This document shows positions 24,636-36,262 of a stretch of DNA of 64,000 bases, in pieces. The position numbers and the translations under genes are program-made. The notes below the pieces were generated by a model. It did no database searches and was not told the origin of the DNA. It saw only the letters and a list, made by a program, of their open reading frames with translations. This DNA is from Guillardia theta CCMP2712 (taxonomy: Eukaryota > Protista > Cryptophyta), in the NCBI RefSeq assembly GCF_000315625.1, contig NW_005434598.1:214809-278808 (forward strand), given 5' to 3'. Numbering within the stretch: position 1 is the stretch's first letter; each line of letters begins with the position of its first letter.

Positions 24636-26875
24636 TGCATTCAGCTCGTGTTGAGCAACGCTGCGAGTTCAGCATGAGGATTGGGTGAGTGTAAGGAGGA
24701 CAGGAAAGGTGCCATCAAGCCATCCTGGGGCGCTATAGCTGCATTGCGCTGCCTCTGACTTGGGGTTGGTTGAAAGTTCTCCGTGGGGGTACCTACTCTA
24801 TTTGATTTCGACCGGATCCTTCTCAGAAAAAAAAGTTTTGGTAATTGTTCAGTATAATTCCAAATTATTATCGGTAACTTGAAACTTAAAATTCATTTTG
24901 TCATCTCTTCGGTATTTTCTTGCTCTCCAACAAGGGGAGACGCAACAAATCGAACACTGATGGCAGATCGAAAAAAAAATAAATGACTACCCCAGCATTA
25001 GCCTGAGTATGAAGAGGTAATGTCGGGGTGGGGTTACTGCTGTGTTTAAAAAATAGTAAGGTACACGGTAAACGTCAGTACATAATATGTGGTACAAAGT
25101 CTGATAATAGATTAATAGTTTTGTATATGAATATTTGTGACACGTTGTAATTTGATTATCTCTGTAAGATTGATAATAGGTGGTACAAAAATAAATTTAT
25201 GAAATATATATTAAATGAAATATAAACTTTAAAAATGCGGTTATTGCAATCATGTTGCTCATTCAGCCCGTTCGGGGTGAGATCTCCAACGATAAGGTCG
25301 AATATTTCATATTCTCTAAGTATTTCAATATATTATTATCACATACCTCTTCCCCTTGAGGTGACCCAGACCAAACCTACCTCCACCCATTCTTCCATAG
25401 ATAATACCACCCCTTCTTTCATCAATTTCTTTTTTGTATCTCTTCCTTCTATCGATCCACAGCTTGCTACCGTGAAAGGGGCTGCGAGGCTCCAACACCC
25501 CTATCGGGAAATGGTTATGGGGAGGGGTAGATGGGAGGAATCGGGTCCTATAGTGCTGATGAAGGATAGAAGGGTATGATGTATGCTATTAAAACATATT
25601 CTCTCAATTAGAAAATATTCCACCCTGACCGGCCTCTGGTAATGTCACAAGACTTGCCCTTAAAGCCCTCCCGCTGCAATCTAGCCACCCTTGGACCCTT
25701 TGTACCCCCCTTGTTATGAACATCTACAATGCACCCTATATTGTAGCTGAAAACGGAGGGGTATGATACCCCTTCTTGACTCACCCTACCCCCTCTGTTG
25801 ATACTTGACTTCAGGATTCGATCCCGAAGGGGGCCTGCATCTTTAAAAGTGTTTTTGGTGACGTAGCGACAGAAAGCAACGTTTCGATGTGCATAGTGGA
25901 TAGGATGCATGATTGGACTCTGGTCATAGGAACGACCTAGGGGTGGTTGCACTTGGTTATCTCAACAATGGGTTATAGATAAATTTGTACAAATATTGTC
26001 TAATCGATGAGTACAAATTTATGCTATATATACACAAATATGTACAAAAAGATAATAGTAGGTGTATGATATGTAAAAGCAGAGGTACAAGAAAAATGGT
26101 ACCATCCAATCTTTCCGTACTACTGTTGAAGGCTGGTACCGCGAGATTCGGGAGAGATCGTCACCTAGTTGACTAGCCTAGTAGTCAGTGTTTTTACGGT
26201 ACTGGCAATAGTACTGTGAGTGTCACCGAGTCATCCGATGATGCGGCCGCTGAGCCTAGTAATCTGATGATCGATGACTCATCCGAGACTCGAGTTATGA
26301 TCCCGCCGTCACGGTACGGTATACTACCGTACTAGGTAACAGTGACGGTGCATTTCAGTTTCATGGCATTTTTTTGAATGGTCGGCGCACTTAAAATTTG
26401 TACCAGAAACTTCGATAATGGTTGAAAGAGTCTGTTTGAATCGGGGACCGTGTCGAGCAGTTTTAGGTTTGCAAGTAGAGATCGGCGCCGGAACCAAGCG
26501 GCCTTGAAGGGCACTGCGCACTACAAGTTAGTACGGTATTCGGCCGTGATGGTGAGAGCTTGAGACCGTCACTTTGCAGCCGGCGGCCGCCGCTTACCCG
26601 GTTAGTGCGCCGCAGGGCCTCCGACTATCATCGAACTTCGGGGCGGGGCAACTTCCGAGCAAAATTGACTAACTTCGGATGCAGTTACTGTCAGGACGGT
26701 GACACGGTGCCACCACTTCCGAGACTCGAATCCGGGCCCTTTTAAAGGTGGACTCTCTGTCCTGATTATGTCAGTAAGAACCGATGATTTGTTCATTAAT
26801 GATGGACAGAATGATCAGTGCAGCGTAGCTCAGGCTTACGATTCAGGAACTTCGGAAACATCAAATTTTATGTCA

Positions 26876-28105
26876 TCAGAACTCAGTACCCGGAGCGAGT
26901 GCCTCCTGATTGCTTTGTTTGAATTCCTGAAGCATATCAAATCAGCGCACCAGAGCCATCGAGAGAAGGTTGTCAGAAATATGGGTCCTACCGAGTACAA
27001 CGTGAATAACACATGAAGCGATTCTGTTATGTTGCTGTAGACAGGAATGTCGAGGATTGCACAAACAATACGCGCATAAGCGACAGTGTCAACGTTCAGA
27101 TCTGCCGTCATATCAGGAAGATGTTAATTTCCACAGCGACTGACCTGCAGAAGGCAGCAGGGCGCCAGCAAAAGCTTCTTCCACCTCAGGACTCCACATC
27201 TGCATCAGAGTCTCCACATCAGGCATCGGCTTGGTGTAGTGCACGTTGGGGGGAGGGTTGCTTCGGTGCAGCTCCGATATGCTCTGAATCCAATTCGTAA
27301 TCTTCTGAGGATGCTGTGCTGCGTTCTCAATGTAGGGGACAGTAGTCGGCTGAAGAGAGGCTTGGGTAGAGATGGCTCTCAGCTGCAGGTCAAGGACCGT
27401 CGGATCTGTCTGTTGAGCTGCTGGTTCATCAAGCACGGTAAGGCCGAGCGTGTCCTTCTTGCCATCAGGACGAGGAATCTTGAGGAAAGGATCAATCTCT
27501 CCTATCGCTGGTATGTACTCAGGGATGAAGGGTTTCAGCTTGGTCTCCAGCTCGATCGTCTGCGGTTTGTACCTGCCGATGTACTGGAACAGCTCTCTAA
27601 TCTCATCTGAGACTTGGAGGTTGGCATAGTCCATCGGGTTGTACCCTTGCATCTTGCCGTCCTGTTCCTGCTCGTCATCATCTTCAGACGTCGTATCTGA
27701 ATGTTCCTCATCGTCGTCGTCCTCTCCTGAAGCAGATCCAACCTGCATCTGCTCTTGCCTCGGCTGAGGAGCAGGGGCTTGTCGCGGCTCCACCTTCCTA
27801 GCTTCCTGCGCTTTTTGCGGATTTTGCGGAGGGGCATCTTCCTCCACAGATTCTGAGCTGCTCACATCAACAGCCTCGTCGAAGTGTTGGTTTTCAACAA
27901 CCTGCGATTTCCTTTTGCTGGGACTCGAGTCATCCCTTGATTCAAACTCGTCTCCAAACACCAGACTCTCTTCGCCTCCCTGCCCCTGTACAGGCTGCTC
28001 GTTGTCATCATCAGATGTCTGTGACTCCTCCTCGCCGTCAGGCACAGACTCGTCGTCAGAAACTTCCACCTCCTCATCATGCGGTGCATTGTCCACCTTC
28101 GACAT
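26876..28105 (-). CDS. IFT46: Intraflagellar transport protein 46
   Basis: Acidic N-terminus, then YNPMDYANLQVSDEIRELFQYIGRYKPQTIELETKLKPFIPEYIPAIGEIDPFLKIPRPD...LDEPAAQQTDPTVLDLQLR, MPDVETLMQMW and CAILDIPVY...ESLHVLFTLYS|EFK; two short 3' introns. Confidence 0.95.
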
Positions 28106-29679
28106 GATGAAAGGAAGTTCAGATCAAGTCAACTGAAGCGACGACACTGAAAATCTACTCCAGGTAAAAGCACAGTCACGTTATAGGCGCGCAACTTTTC
28201 TTTTCGTCAAGGAGGATTGAAACAGTTCGGTAGCTCTTGATATTCGTCGACAAGAGGCAAGAAAGGGAAGGAATGAAGAAAAAGTGAATATGAACAGGTT
28301 GTTGTTCAGTGTATGTAAGCGGAAACAGCAAAGGTAGAGGATAAGGAGCAGAATCAAGTCAGTTTCTACTGCACCATTGCACAATGGCCATAGCGCTGTT
28401 GGTGCCGCAGTAGAAGTTTTTCAGAAACGGTCACTCTACTTTTTCTTTTGAAAATGTCTCATTTATTCATTTCTTTGATTTGAAATTATACCCTAAAGGT
28501 ATGAATATTCTTTTGAATTTTGATATCACCGTGACCCTGAAAGAATTTTGCTTGTCCTCTGATGCTCAACCGATTCAAATGATAACTGTCAAGTAACGAT
28601 GGAAACGAATGTAACGAACATTTATTTAACGTATGTAACCGCTAATACAATGAAAGGAAGTAAATATGTTTTAAACTGAGTTATGTCTTGGTACTAAAAG
28701 GAAAGTAAATACTCTTTATATAATAATGGTACAAATACACATACAAGAAAAAACGAGAAAAAGTCTTTTGGGACTCAAGGCTTCAGGGTTGACGGTTCAG
28801 GTATGAAACATTCAGGTGAACCATTCTGAACTTTCCCCGAATATTTTCAAATAGGAGAATAAAGTTTGGATACATTATTGAAATATACTTAGAATACTAT
28901 TTAAAAATACTAAATGTTTTAACTTCCTGGTATCTATTTATAAATTAAATTATATATAAGAACATGGCTCTAAAAGTCCAGAGGATCGCTGGGCATATTT
29001 CGATGGTTAACTTGAAATATTGAAATTGTTTGTGGATACATATTATTAATTCAAGTTAATGAATGAAAATTGGAGGATAATTCCCAAAATAACCTCCTTG
29101 AAAGTCGCCATGGCGTTGTGCCATGCATGGAAACGAAGGGGCTGATAAGGAGAGGAAGGGGGGAGGAGGAGGATGCTTGAGCGAGGAGGAGTAAGAATGA
29201 AGGGTATCGAAGGGGAAGGGCAAAGACGATCAGAATGTGTGATCTCACAAGGTTTTGAATTAGAGATGGGCACAGGAAAAGGAATAGGGAGAGGATGTTG
29301 TGGTTGTGAAGTGGCTGTAAAAGGATGGTAGACTTGTTCTTCTGAATGAGTAACATTGTTTCTATCGTTAGATCATTTTCATTGAAGTTGGAAAGTTTGT
29401 ACAGAGATTATTCTCTTTGTGAAAACAAATAACACATGTCGGCAAGTATAGCAAACGCTGTGTAGTAGACTTTCACTCGTTGCCCATTGCTGTAAGCAAC
29501 TTTGAATAGCGTGGTAATTGTTCAATCTAGAATTCCGATAATCCAATCACACATGTCAGTGTCCTGTTGCAGAATGAAACACTTAAATTTCAATCTGCAG
29601 AAGTGAAGGTTGTCAGTGCTGGATTTATGAAAAGCTCTGCACGCTTGTAGAAGAACGAGTTGAAAATCAAGGAGGCATC

Positions 29680-30140
29680 ATGTCAGCAGATGAAAATGCT
29701 GCGATCCAGCAGGTAAACTAGATGATTCTTGCAGCCTCATGATTAAAATTGCTGTAGGAGTTGGATCAGGAAATGGAACGACTGTTCCAGCATTTTGAGC
29801 AGGTGGGCATTGGGCATTATTTTTCTTCTGACATCTCAAGAAGCTGTGCTGTAAGATCAGATATTGACATGTGATGCTAGGACGAAGAGAGGACAGCAAG
29901 GTTAGCTGCAGCACTAGAACAGGAGTCAACAGCTGCAGCGTTGCATTTTGCGCTATTCCCTCGCAAAACACGAGATGGAGGGTTGCAGCCAACGTGCAGG
30001 TGATCTTGGTTGATACTGAAGATAGAAGCTCTGATGGGATTATGACCATAGGGAACCTGTGGTGTCGATGATGGCGTTCGTTGTTGACATCTTCAGTCCC
30101 CATGATGGAAGGTAAGGTTACGATGATGGTGACTATAATG

Positions 30141-30181
<41 letters not shown>

Positions 30182-30436
30182 GTTCATTGTGATGATGAGA
30201 GGATATGAGTTGTTTTACTATGATTTGTTTTCCAGCATTGATCTCAGAGTTCTTTCTGAATGTTTCGAACCGACGTGCGAGGAGGTCAGAAAATTTCGTG
30301 CATGATAATGTAATCTTACAGCGAAAGTAACGAAATTGTTGGTGACAGGGAGAAGAAGGAATTGTTGGTCTATCATATCAATACAAAGATGACACTGGGG
30401 CAACTGTCCAGTTATCCAGAGGTGATGATGAGAAGG

Positions 30437-30472
<36 letters not shown>

Positions 30473-33327
30473 AACAGGAGGAGGAAAATATTAAGGTACT
30501 GATTCTGACTCCCAGGCAAAGTGAAAGATGCAAAGAGACAGTTTGCGCATCAAGTCAGTCTTTGGTCATGATCAGTCGCGACAAGAAGGTTGATTTGACA
30601 TGACAGGTCCAACTTCGCCTGTCACTCGCGTGCAACCCGAACATTTCAGTCAAGGTGGGATCCACTACACGATCTTGTTGTGTTCCCTTCAGTGCAAGAA
30701 TCAAAAAACTTGGGCCTTGTGATCAGCACCTGTGTGAAGTGATCAGCATCTGTGAAACAATTTTTCATAAGAGAAGTTTGGTTCTTCACAGATCCACTCT
30801 GTCTTCATGAGATTCTCAACGCAGTTCATTTTTAGTTTTGCTTCTGTCCTACACAGACAAATTGCTGTTCACTGTTGTTCCACACACCTTCGCTCGCTCT
30901 TTTCTTTGTTGAAGTGAGAGAAACAGAGAGATAGAGACAGAGAGACAGTGTGTTGTGTTTGTGTGTGTGTATCTTTGCCGCCAAGTACTCGCAATGCGAT
31001 TTCCTGCTTACAAAGTCTAAATGAATCTCTGTAGGTTTTCAAGACTGGTCGACTTCAAATTGCAGGTTGCAAGGTGAGGAAAATCTGATGCTTCTGAATC
31101 CTTTGCCTATCACGCCCGAAACCTGTCTTTGCTGATGCAACCTATTGCTAAGGGAGGAATGACTTGTTTCTTGATATCTTGACATGTCGTTCCAGGACGA
31201 GGGCACTTGCAACAAGATCGTTCGGCACGTGCTCAACTGTTTGAATTCGTGAGTGAACATGTCACAACATCTGCTCCTCATGCCATACCTGCTCTCGATG
31301 TTGTATGCTCCGCATGACTTCTAAGATCACTCGGATCGCTCAGTGTGATTACAAGAATGTATTGCTTCGATGATGTGGAAGGAAGATGATGTTGAACTAA
31401 TGATTGAGATTTGTTGTTCAAAAACTTTTTGTTTTTCCTCTATCTGTTTTTTTTTGTCTTCTTTTGATTGGTTTCTACTCTTTCCTGCATCTTCTGAGCT
31501 CGTTGACAGCATTCAAGCAACACCGCAAGGGGCGCGCGTGTTTGAACGGCACGTGTGTGAGCCTTCCGGTGAGTTGGTTGCCGGAGGCGAGCAGGGGAGA
31601 AAGTTGCAGGAATAGTAGAAAAGCGTGAAGGAGGGGAGAGAGAGGGAGGGCGAAGGAGGAGGAGGGCGGGAGAGGCGAGGAGGAGTTGATAGCCAAGGAG
31701 GCTAAAAACGTGTGCAGGCCAGCATGTCGCCATTCATGGACCCATCGACTATGATGCAGTGGTAAGAGAGGAGAGGGGAGGGGAGGAAGAGGAAGGGGAG
31801 GGATGCTGAGGTCTAATATGCGGGTGAAGGTGACGCCGGAGACCGTGAACATCAACTGTACCTTTGACGCGGGCTACTCGTTTGTTGGCTACACGCTTGA
31901 CCCCCTCGCTCTGAAGGAGGTTGGAGATGCGCACATGACGATGTCTTGTTATATCATCCTCTCTCCCTCCAAACAAGTGCAACAACACCATGACGAGTGT
32001 TTTACATGTGTTACATGTCTGATCATTATTCCTACGGCTACTCTGTTGACTTTGGTCTGCAGATTGTTGAGCAACAGCAGTACTCGACTTGCGTCAAATC
32101 AGTGGAATACACTCCTGAAAAGAGGTATAAGAGGAATGATCGAATTTGTGGAGAGGAAGAGGGAAAGAGGAAGAGCTTGTGATAGAGATGATGATGATGA
32201 CGTTGTCGTCGTTTGCAGTAGCAGTAGCAGTAGCAGTAGCAGTAGCAGTAGCAGTAGCAGTAGCAGTAGCAGTAGCAGTAGCAGTAGCAGTAGCAGTAGC
32301 AGTAGCAGTAGCAGTAGCAGTAGCAGTAGCAGTAGCAGTAGCAGTAGCAATAGCAGTAGCAGTAGCAGTAGCAATAGCAGTAGCGGTTGCTGTTGTTGTC
32401 CTTGAGCAGGAGGGAGGAGGAGCAGGAATAGGAGCAGGGGGAAGAGGAAGATGGAGGAGCAGGAGCAGGAGTAGGAGCAGGAGCAGGAGGATGGAGATGA
32501 CGTCGACGATGACGATTGTCTCTTCCAGATATGCGGGTCTGAAGATTCTGTTTGTTCCTCCGCAAGCAAGCAACTCAACGGGTGAGGACGTGAGGGGATG
32601 ATCTCGATACCTGACATGAACAAGATCCCAAGAATAAGAGAGAAGTTTTCATCGGCATCTTCCCTTCCTCCAAGACCGTCATCACTGGTTAACCTCTCCC
32701 CTTCACACTCCTCTCCTCCTCATCATCATTATCATCATCATCAGTATCATCATCATCATTGCTTCCATCCGTCCGCCCTCTTTCTTCTTCTCCTCTCTCT
32801 CATTTTGTTTTTTTCCTCTCAGGCGCAGTCAACTGGGCAGAGGTAGACGACGCGTACGACTTCGCCTCTCGGCTTCTTCTACAGGTGAGGGGTGGAGAAG
32901 AAAGGAGGAGGGGGAGAGGGAGAGGGAGAAGAGGAGGGCAGATGGAGGGATCGAAGACGAGCAGATGCGGGGGGGGGCAGGGAGGATAGGAGGAGAGTGT
33001 AGAGAGCAGAGCAGAGCAAAGGAAGGGTGCTTGTGTTGTCTGATTTCATTGTAGAATTTTGAAGCGATAAGAAAGCCAATGGACGATGCGTCTGCTAGGA
33101 GAGCCAGACAGGTTCCTCTTTCTCCTTTCTTCCTCCCACCTCCTCCTCCCTCCCTTGCCCCTCATTGCGCTGACTTTCTCTCCCCCCCTCTCTCCCTCTT
33201 CTCCTCCTCCAACGTAACTTTTGTGTTGCTTGTTTCTTGAATTTTTCTCTCTGTTTCCTTTCTCTGCTTCGTCTCCTACTCATCCTGACAATCTCCTTCA
33301 TTTTTGCAGCAGCAAAAGTACAACTGA
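29680..33327 (+). CDS. TATA-binding-protein-like (two TBP repeats), giant-virus (NCLDV)-type signatures, ~20 small exons; start codon tentative
   Basis: Phase-consistent GT-AG splicing gives EPVVSMMAFVVDIF..S|IDLRVLSECF...LSRG|KVKDAKRQFAHQ|VQLRLSLACNPNISVK|VFKTGRLQIAGCK|DEGTCNKIVRHVLNCL...VTPETVNINCTFDAGYSFVGYTLDPLALKE|IVE...VEYTPEKR|YAGLKILF...REVFIGIFPSSKTVITG|AVNWAEVDDAYDFASRLLLQ|NFEAIRKP. Confidence 0.8.
32215..32384. repeat. (AGTAGC)n hexamer microsatellite in intron of the TBP-like gene
   Basis: Long near-perfect hexamer run. Confidence 0.95.
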
Positions 33328-33786
33328 AGAACAAAGAAACAATCAAATTGAAAGGGAAGTATATGTCAACAAACAGGGAGGAAGTAGGACAAGAAAGCAA
33401 GAAAGAGAAGGAAGACAAAGAAAACATGCCAGGAGAAGTCAGCATGTTTGTCGTCTACATGCATGCTGCGGTCATGGTGTCCTACTTGAATCAGACACGA
33501 TGGTATCCGATAGAATGTTGTAAATTGTAATCGAAAGCAAAATTAAAGACAAGTGTAAATATCACCAACGGGGTTGAGAACAGCAACCAGCAGACCTTTA
33601 CTCTTCTCTTCTCTAACGCAATCGCTTTCGCTCCCCTGTCTCTCTCTCAACATCCCCTTGTTCTCTCTCATTGGTCCCCCCTCCTCTCCTCCACCTTCCT
33701 TCCATCTCCTACTCCCCTCTCCTCTCCTCTACCCTCTCCTCTCCTCCCTTTGCTCGCCTCCCCTCCCCCCATCCTCCTCCTCCCAC

Positions 33787-35013
33787 TCAAGACGCTGAGA
33801 AGCTTCCTGAGCATGGGATCACACAAACAATTGCATCCTTCACCCATCTCGTCGTCTCCTTCATCTCAGGGTTGAACATCATCAGCGTCTTCACTGTCGT
33901 CCTGAACTTCATTGCGAGACTTTCAACCGTCTCCTGCTCCTTCATCCTGTACGACGACCCCACTCGCACTGCCAGCTCCTCCTCCACTATCACGTTCGGA
34001 TCCGAGAGGACGGGGAAGAGCCGGGCTGCGTTGGCGTTCCATATGTGCCGCCATTGCGCTTCCATACCGCTCCTCCGCGCTAGCAGGAAGAGACTTTCTC
34101 CCTCCCGCAAACACACAACGCACTTCTCCACCTCCACCTTCACGCAGCTCGACACTGACCGCGTACTGGACTTGTCCTGGGCATGCGAGCAGAGCTCGAA
34201 GACGCTCCCTTCCTGCCCCTGCTGTGGCCTCCAGGACACGCATCTCTCGCAGGGAGGAGGAGCGAAGACTGCCGTGCCGGTGCTGGCAGCGAAGAGGGGA
34301 GAGAGCGAGGAGCTGGACGGGTCGGAAAGGTCGCTGGAGCAAGTCCCGTCCTCCGTGAAGGAAAGGTTGCTGAAGGAGAAGGAAATGTCGACGGAGTAGA
34401 GGTCCTTGACATCCTTAGCTCTAAAGCAAGCACGGTACAGGCATCCGACGTTGGCCATGGCAGTCGCAACCCCTGAAGCGACGGGAAGGAAGGAGATATC
34501 GGGAGGCTCGACAACGAGCTCGAAGCATCCGCTCTCCCTCTCGCAAGCTGCCTCCTCCTCCAGACTCGCAAGGAAGCATGTCCGGTATGTCCCCACCTGG
34601 TCGCTCCTCGGCTCCCAGCGGAACCTCCTCGTCACGGGGTTGCAGACTCCGTCTTGCCGCAAGCATCTCTGCTCTGAGAGTGACGCGCCATTAGGAATCC
34701 CCGGCTCCTCCAGCAGCAGGATGGAAGCGTTCCTGTCCTGCAACGGAATCTCCACAGTCGCATACACGTTCACCTCCACCATGGCGCCGACAACGACCGT
34801 TAGCCTCCCGCCCGTCATAAGCACTCGCTGCGGCCCTGGAACCGGTCGGCTCGCCAGCATGCCGCTGGGATCGGTGATAGTGCCGTGGACGCCGAGCATG
34901 GCCTCGAATGATCCCAAGGACACCTTGCAGGAGGAGGCAGCACATGGAGAAAGGCGATGACTTAGGAGGAGGAAGCAACAAGTGAAGACGGAGGACGATA
35001 ATAGTGATCTCAT
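33787..35013 (-). CDS. Secreted protein with Ig-like/putative-Ig repeats and two C-terminal LysM domains; single exon
   Basis: Signal peptide MRSLLSSSVFTCCFLLLSHRLSPCAA; repeated WxP...G..Y/F..C modules; LysM-like CLREGESLFLLARR...WRHIWNAN and YRMKEQETVESLAMKFRTTVKTLMMFNPEM...VCVIP. Confidence 0.8.
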   Translation of the reverse strand: MRSLLSSSVFTCCFLLLSHRLSPCAASSCKVSLGSFEAMLGVHGTITDPSGMLASRPVPGPQRVLMTGGRLTVVVGAMVEVNVYATVEIPLQDRNASILLLEEPGIPNGASLSEQRCLRQDGVCNPVTRRFRWEPRSDQVGTYRTCFLASLEEEAACERESGCFELVVEPPDISFLPVASGVATAMANVGCLYRACFRAKDVKDLYSVDISFSFSNLSFTEDGTCSSDLSDPSSSSLSPLFAASTGTAVFAPPPCERCVSWRPQQGQEGSVFELCSHAQDKSSTRSVSSCVKVEVEKCVVCLREGESLFLLARRSGMEAQWRHIWNANAARLFPVLSDPNVIVEEELAVRVGSSYRMKEQETVESLAMKFRTTVKTLMMFNPEMKETTRWVKDAIVCVIPCSGSFSAS

Positions 35014-36262
35014 ATTTTCTCTTGCCTTGGTATGAACACTGTTGAAGAGAAAATGATCAAAGTTTTCTAACTGTGATTCCGTTCAAACGGTTTCAAGCTG
35101 AGCTGCTCAGCGGCGGTCCACTGTAACTGAAAGTTCCTAAGACTACTGCTCAGTTGGTCTCCTTCATCACTTAGTACTCGCCCCGCGGTAGTGTCCTAGC
35201 CTAGTAGTCTCTTTCCTAGAGAGAGGTATCCGACTGTTCCTCAGCCTCCTTCCTCGTTGTTCTCACCGCGAACCCTCAGCAGTCACTCACTCAGTCAGTA
35301 GTAGAGCAGAGCAGTGGGTCATGTCAAACTTGTCAATTCAATGATTAGCCGCTCAACTGAAAGCACGCCCCCCCCCTCCGTTCGCCGGGCCCGATTCATC
35401 TGTGCGGCTGACTGAGTGCCGCGTGCCGCTGAGTCACGGGCCAGGATCAGTCACTGCCTCCGGCATCTCACGACTCAGAGTCCCTCCGGGCCCCCGGTGG
35501 CGGCCCAGTCACTCGGATCTGCTCCGTCGCCGGATCCGATCGGATCGCCCGGCCCGGCCCGTCATGGTCACCACTAGTACGCCGGCAGCACTGACAGTCA
35601 CTGAGTCACCCGTACGCCTCCTTCTCATCGCCCTCATATCCATCAGGTTATCCACCCTACCTTGCAGGTTCGTACCCCTAGGGAGACAAATTGCTAGAAT
35701 AAATCAAATATTGTTCAAAAATGTAAGTGTAATATTGAAAATTAAATAGTATTTTCTGAGTATTAATTTATTTTTATGACCCCTGCCCTGAGAAAGGTTG
35801 AGCACCGCCTTGTTAGTACCCCACCCCCCTTCCCTTCCTGTACCCCTACCCCCTTTCCAAACAGTCACTACCACCGGGTTTGTGGGGGTACCTTGCTAGG
35901 CTCTTTCCTCGGGCATGGCCTAAAGGCGCTTCGAGGAGAGGAGAGGAAGAGGAGGAGAGAGGAGGAGGAGGAGGAGGAGGAGACCAAGAGGCGAGAGGAA
36001 AGAGATAGGGAAGAGGAGGAGGAGCAGATTGAGGAGAACACACGGGAGAATCCGAATCCGACGTACAAGGGACCTACGAGATCGTTTCTAGCAGCCTTTC
36101 CAATGCAATGACAGAATTTCTCTCCGATTGATCAGAAGGCAGTTGCGATTCTTTAGACTCAAGAACCCTTTCGCAAAGAACTTACTGGGCAAGTGGTCAA
36201 CGGTGCTGATGTTGTGACATATGGCCGGACAAGATTTGTTGCGTTTCTCTACAGCAAACATC

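Noticed and set aside
32038-32623. ORFs with poly-(CY), poly-(AT), poly-(VA), poly-L and poly-S
   Set aside because: Translations of the intronic (AGTAGC)n microsatellite inside the TBP-like gene
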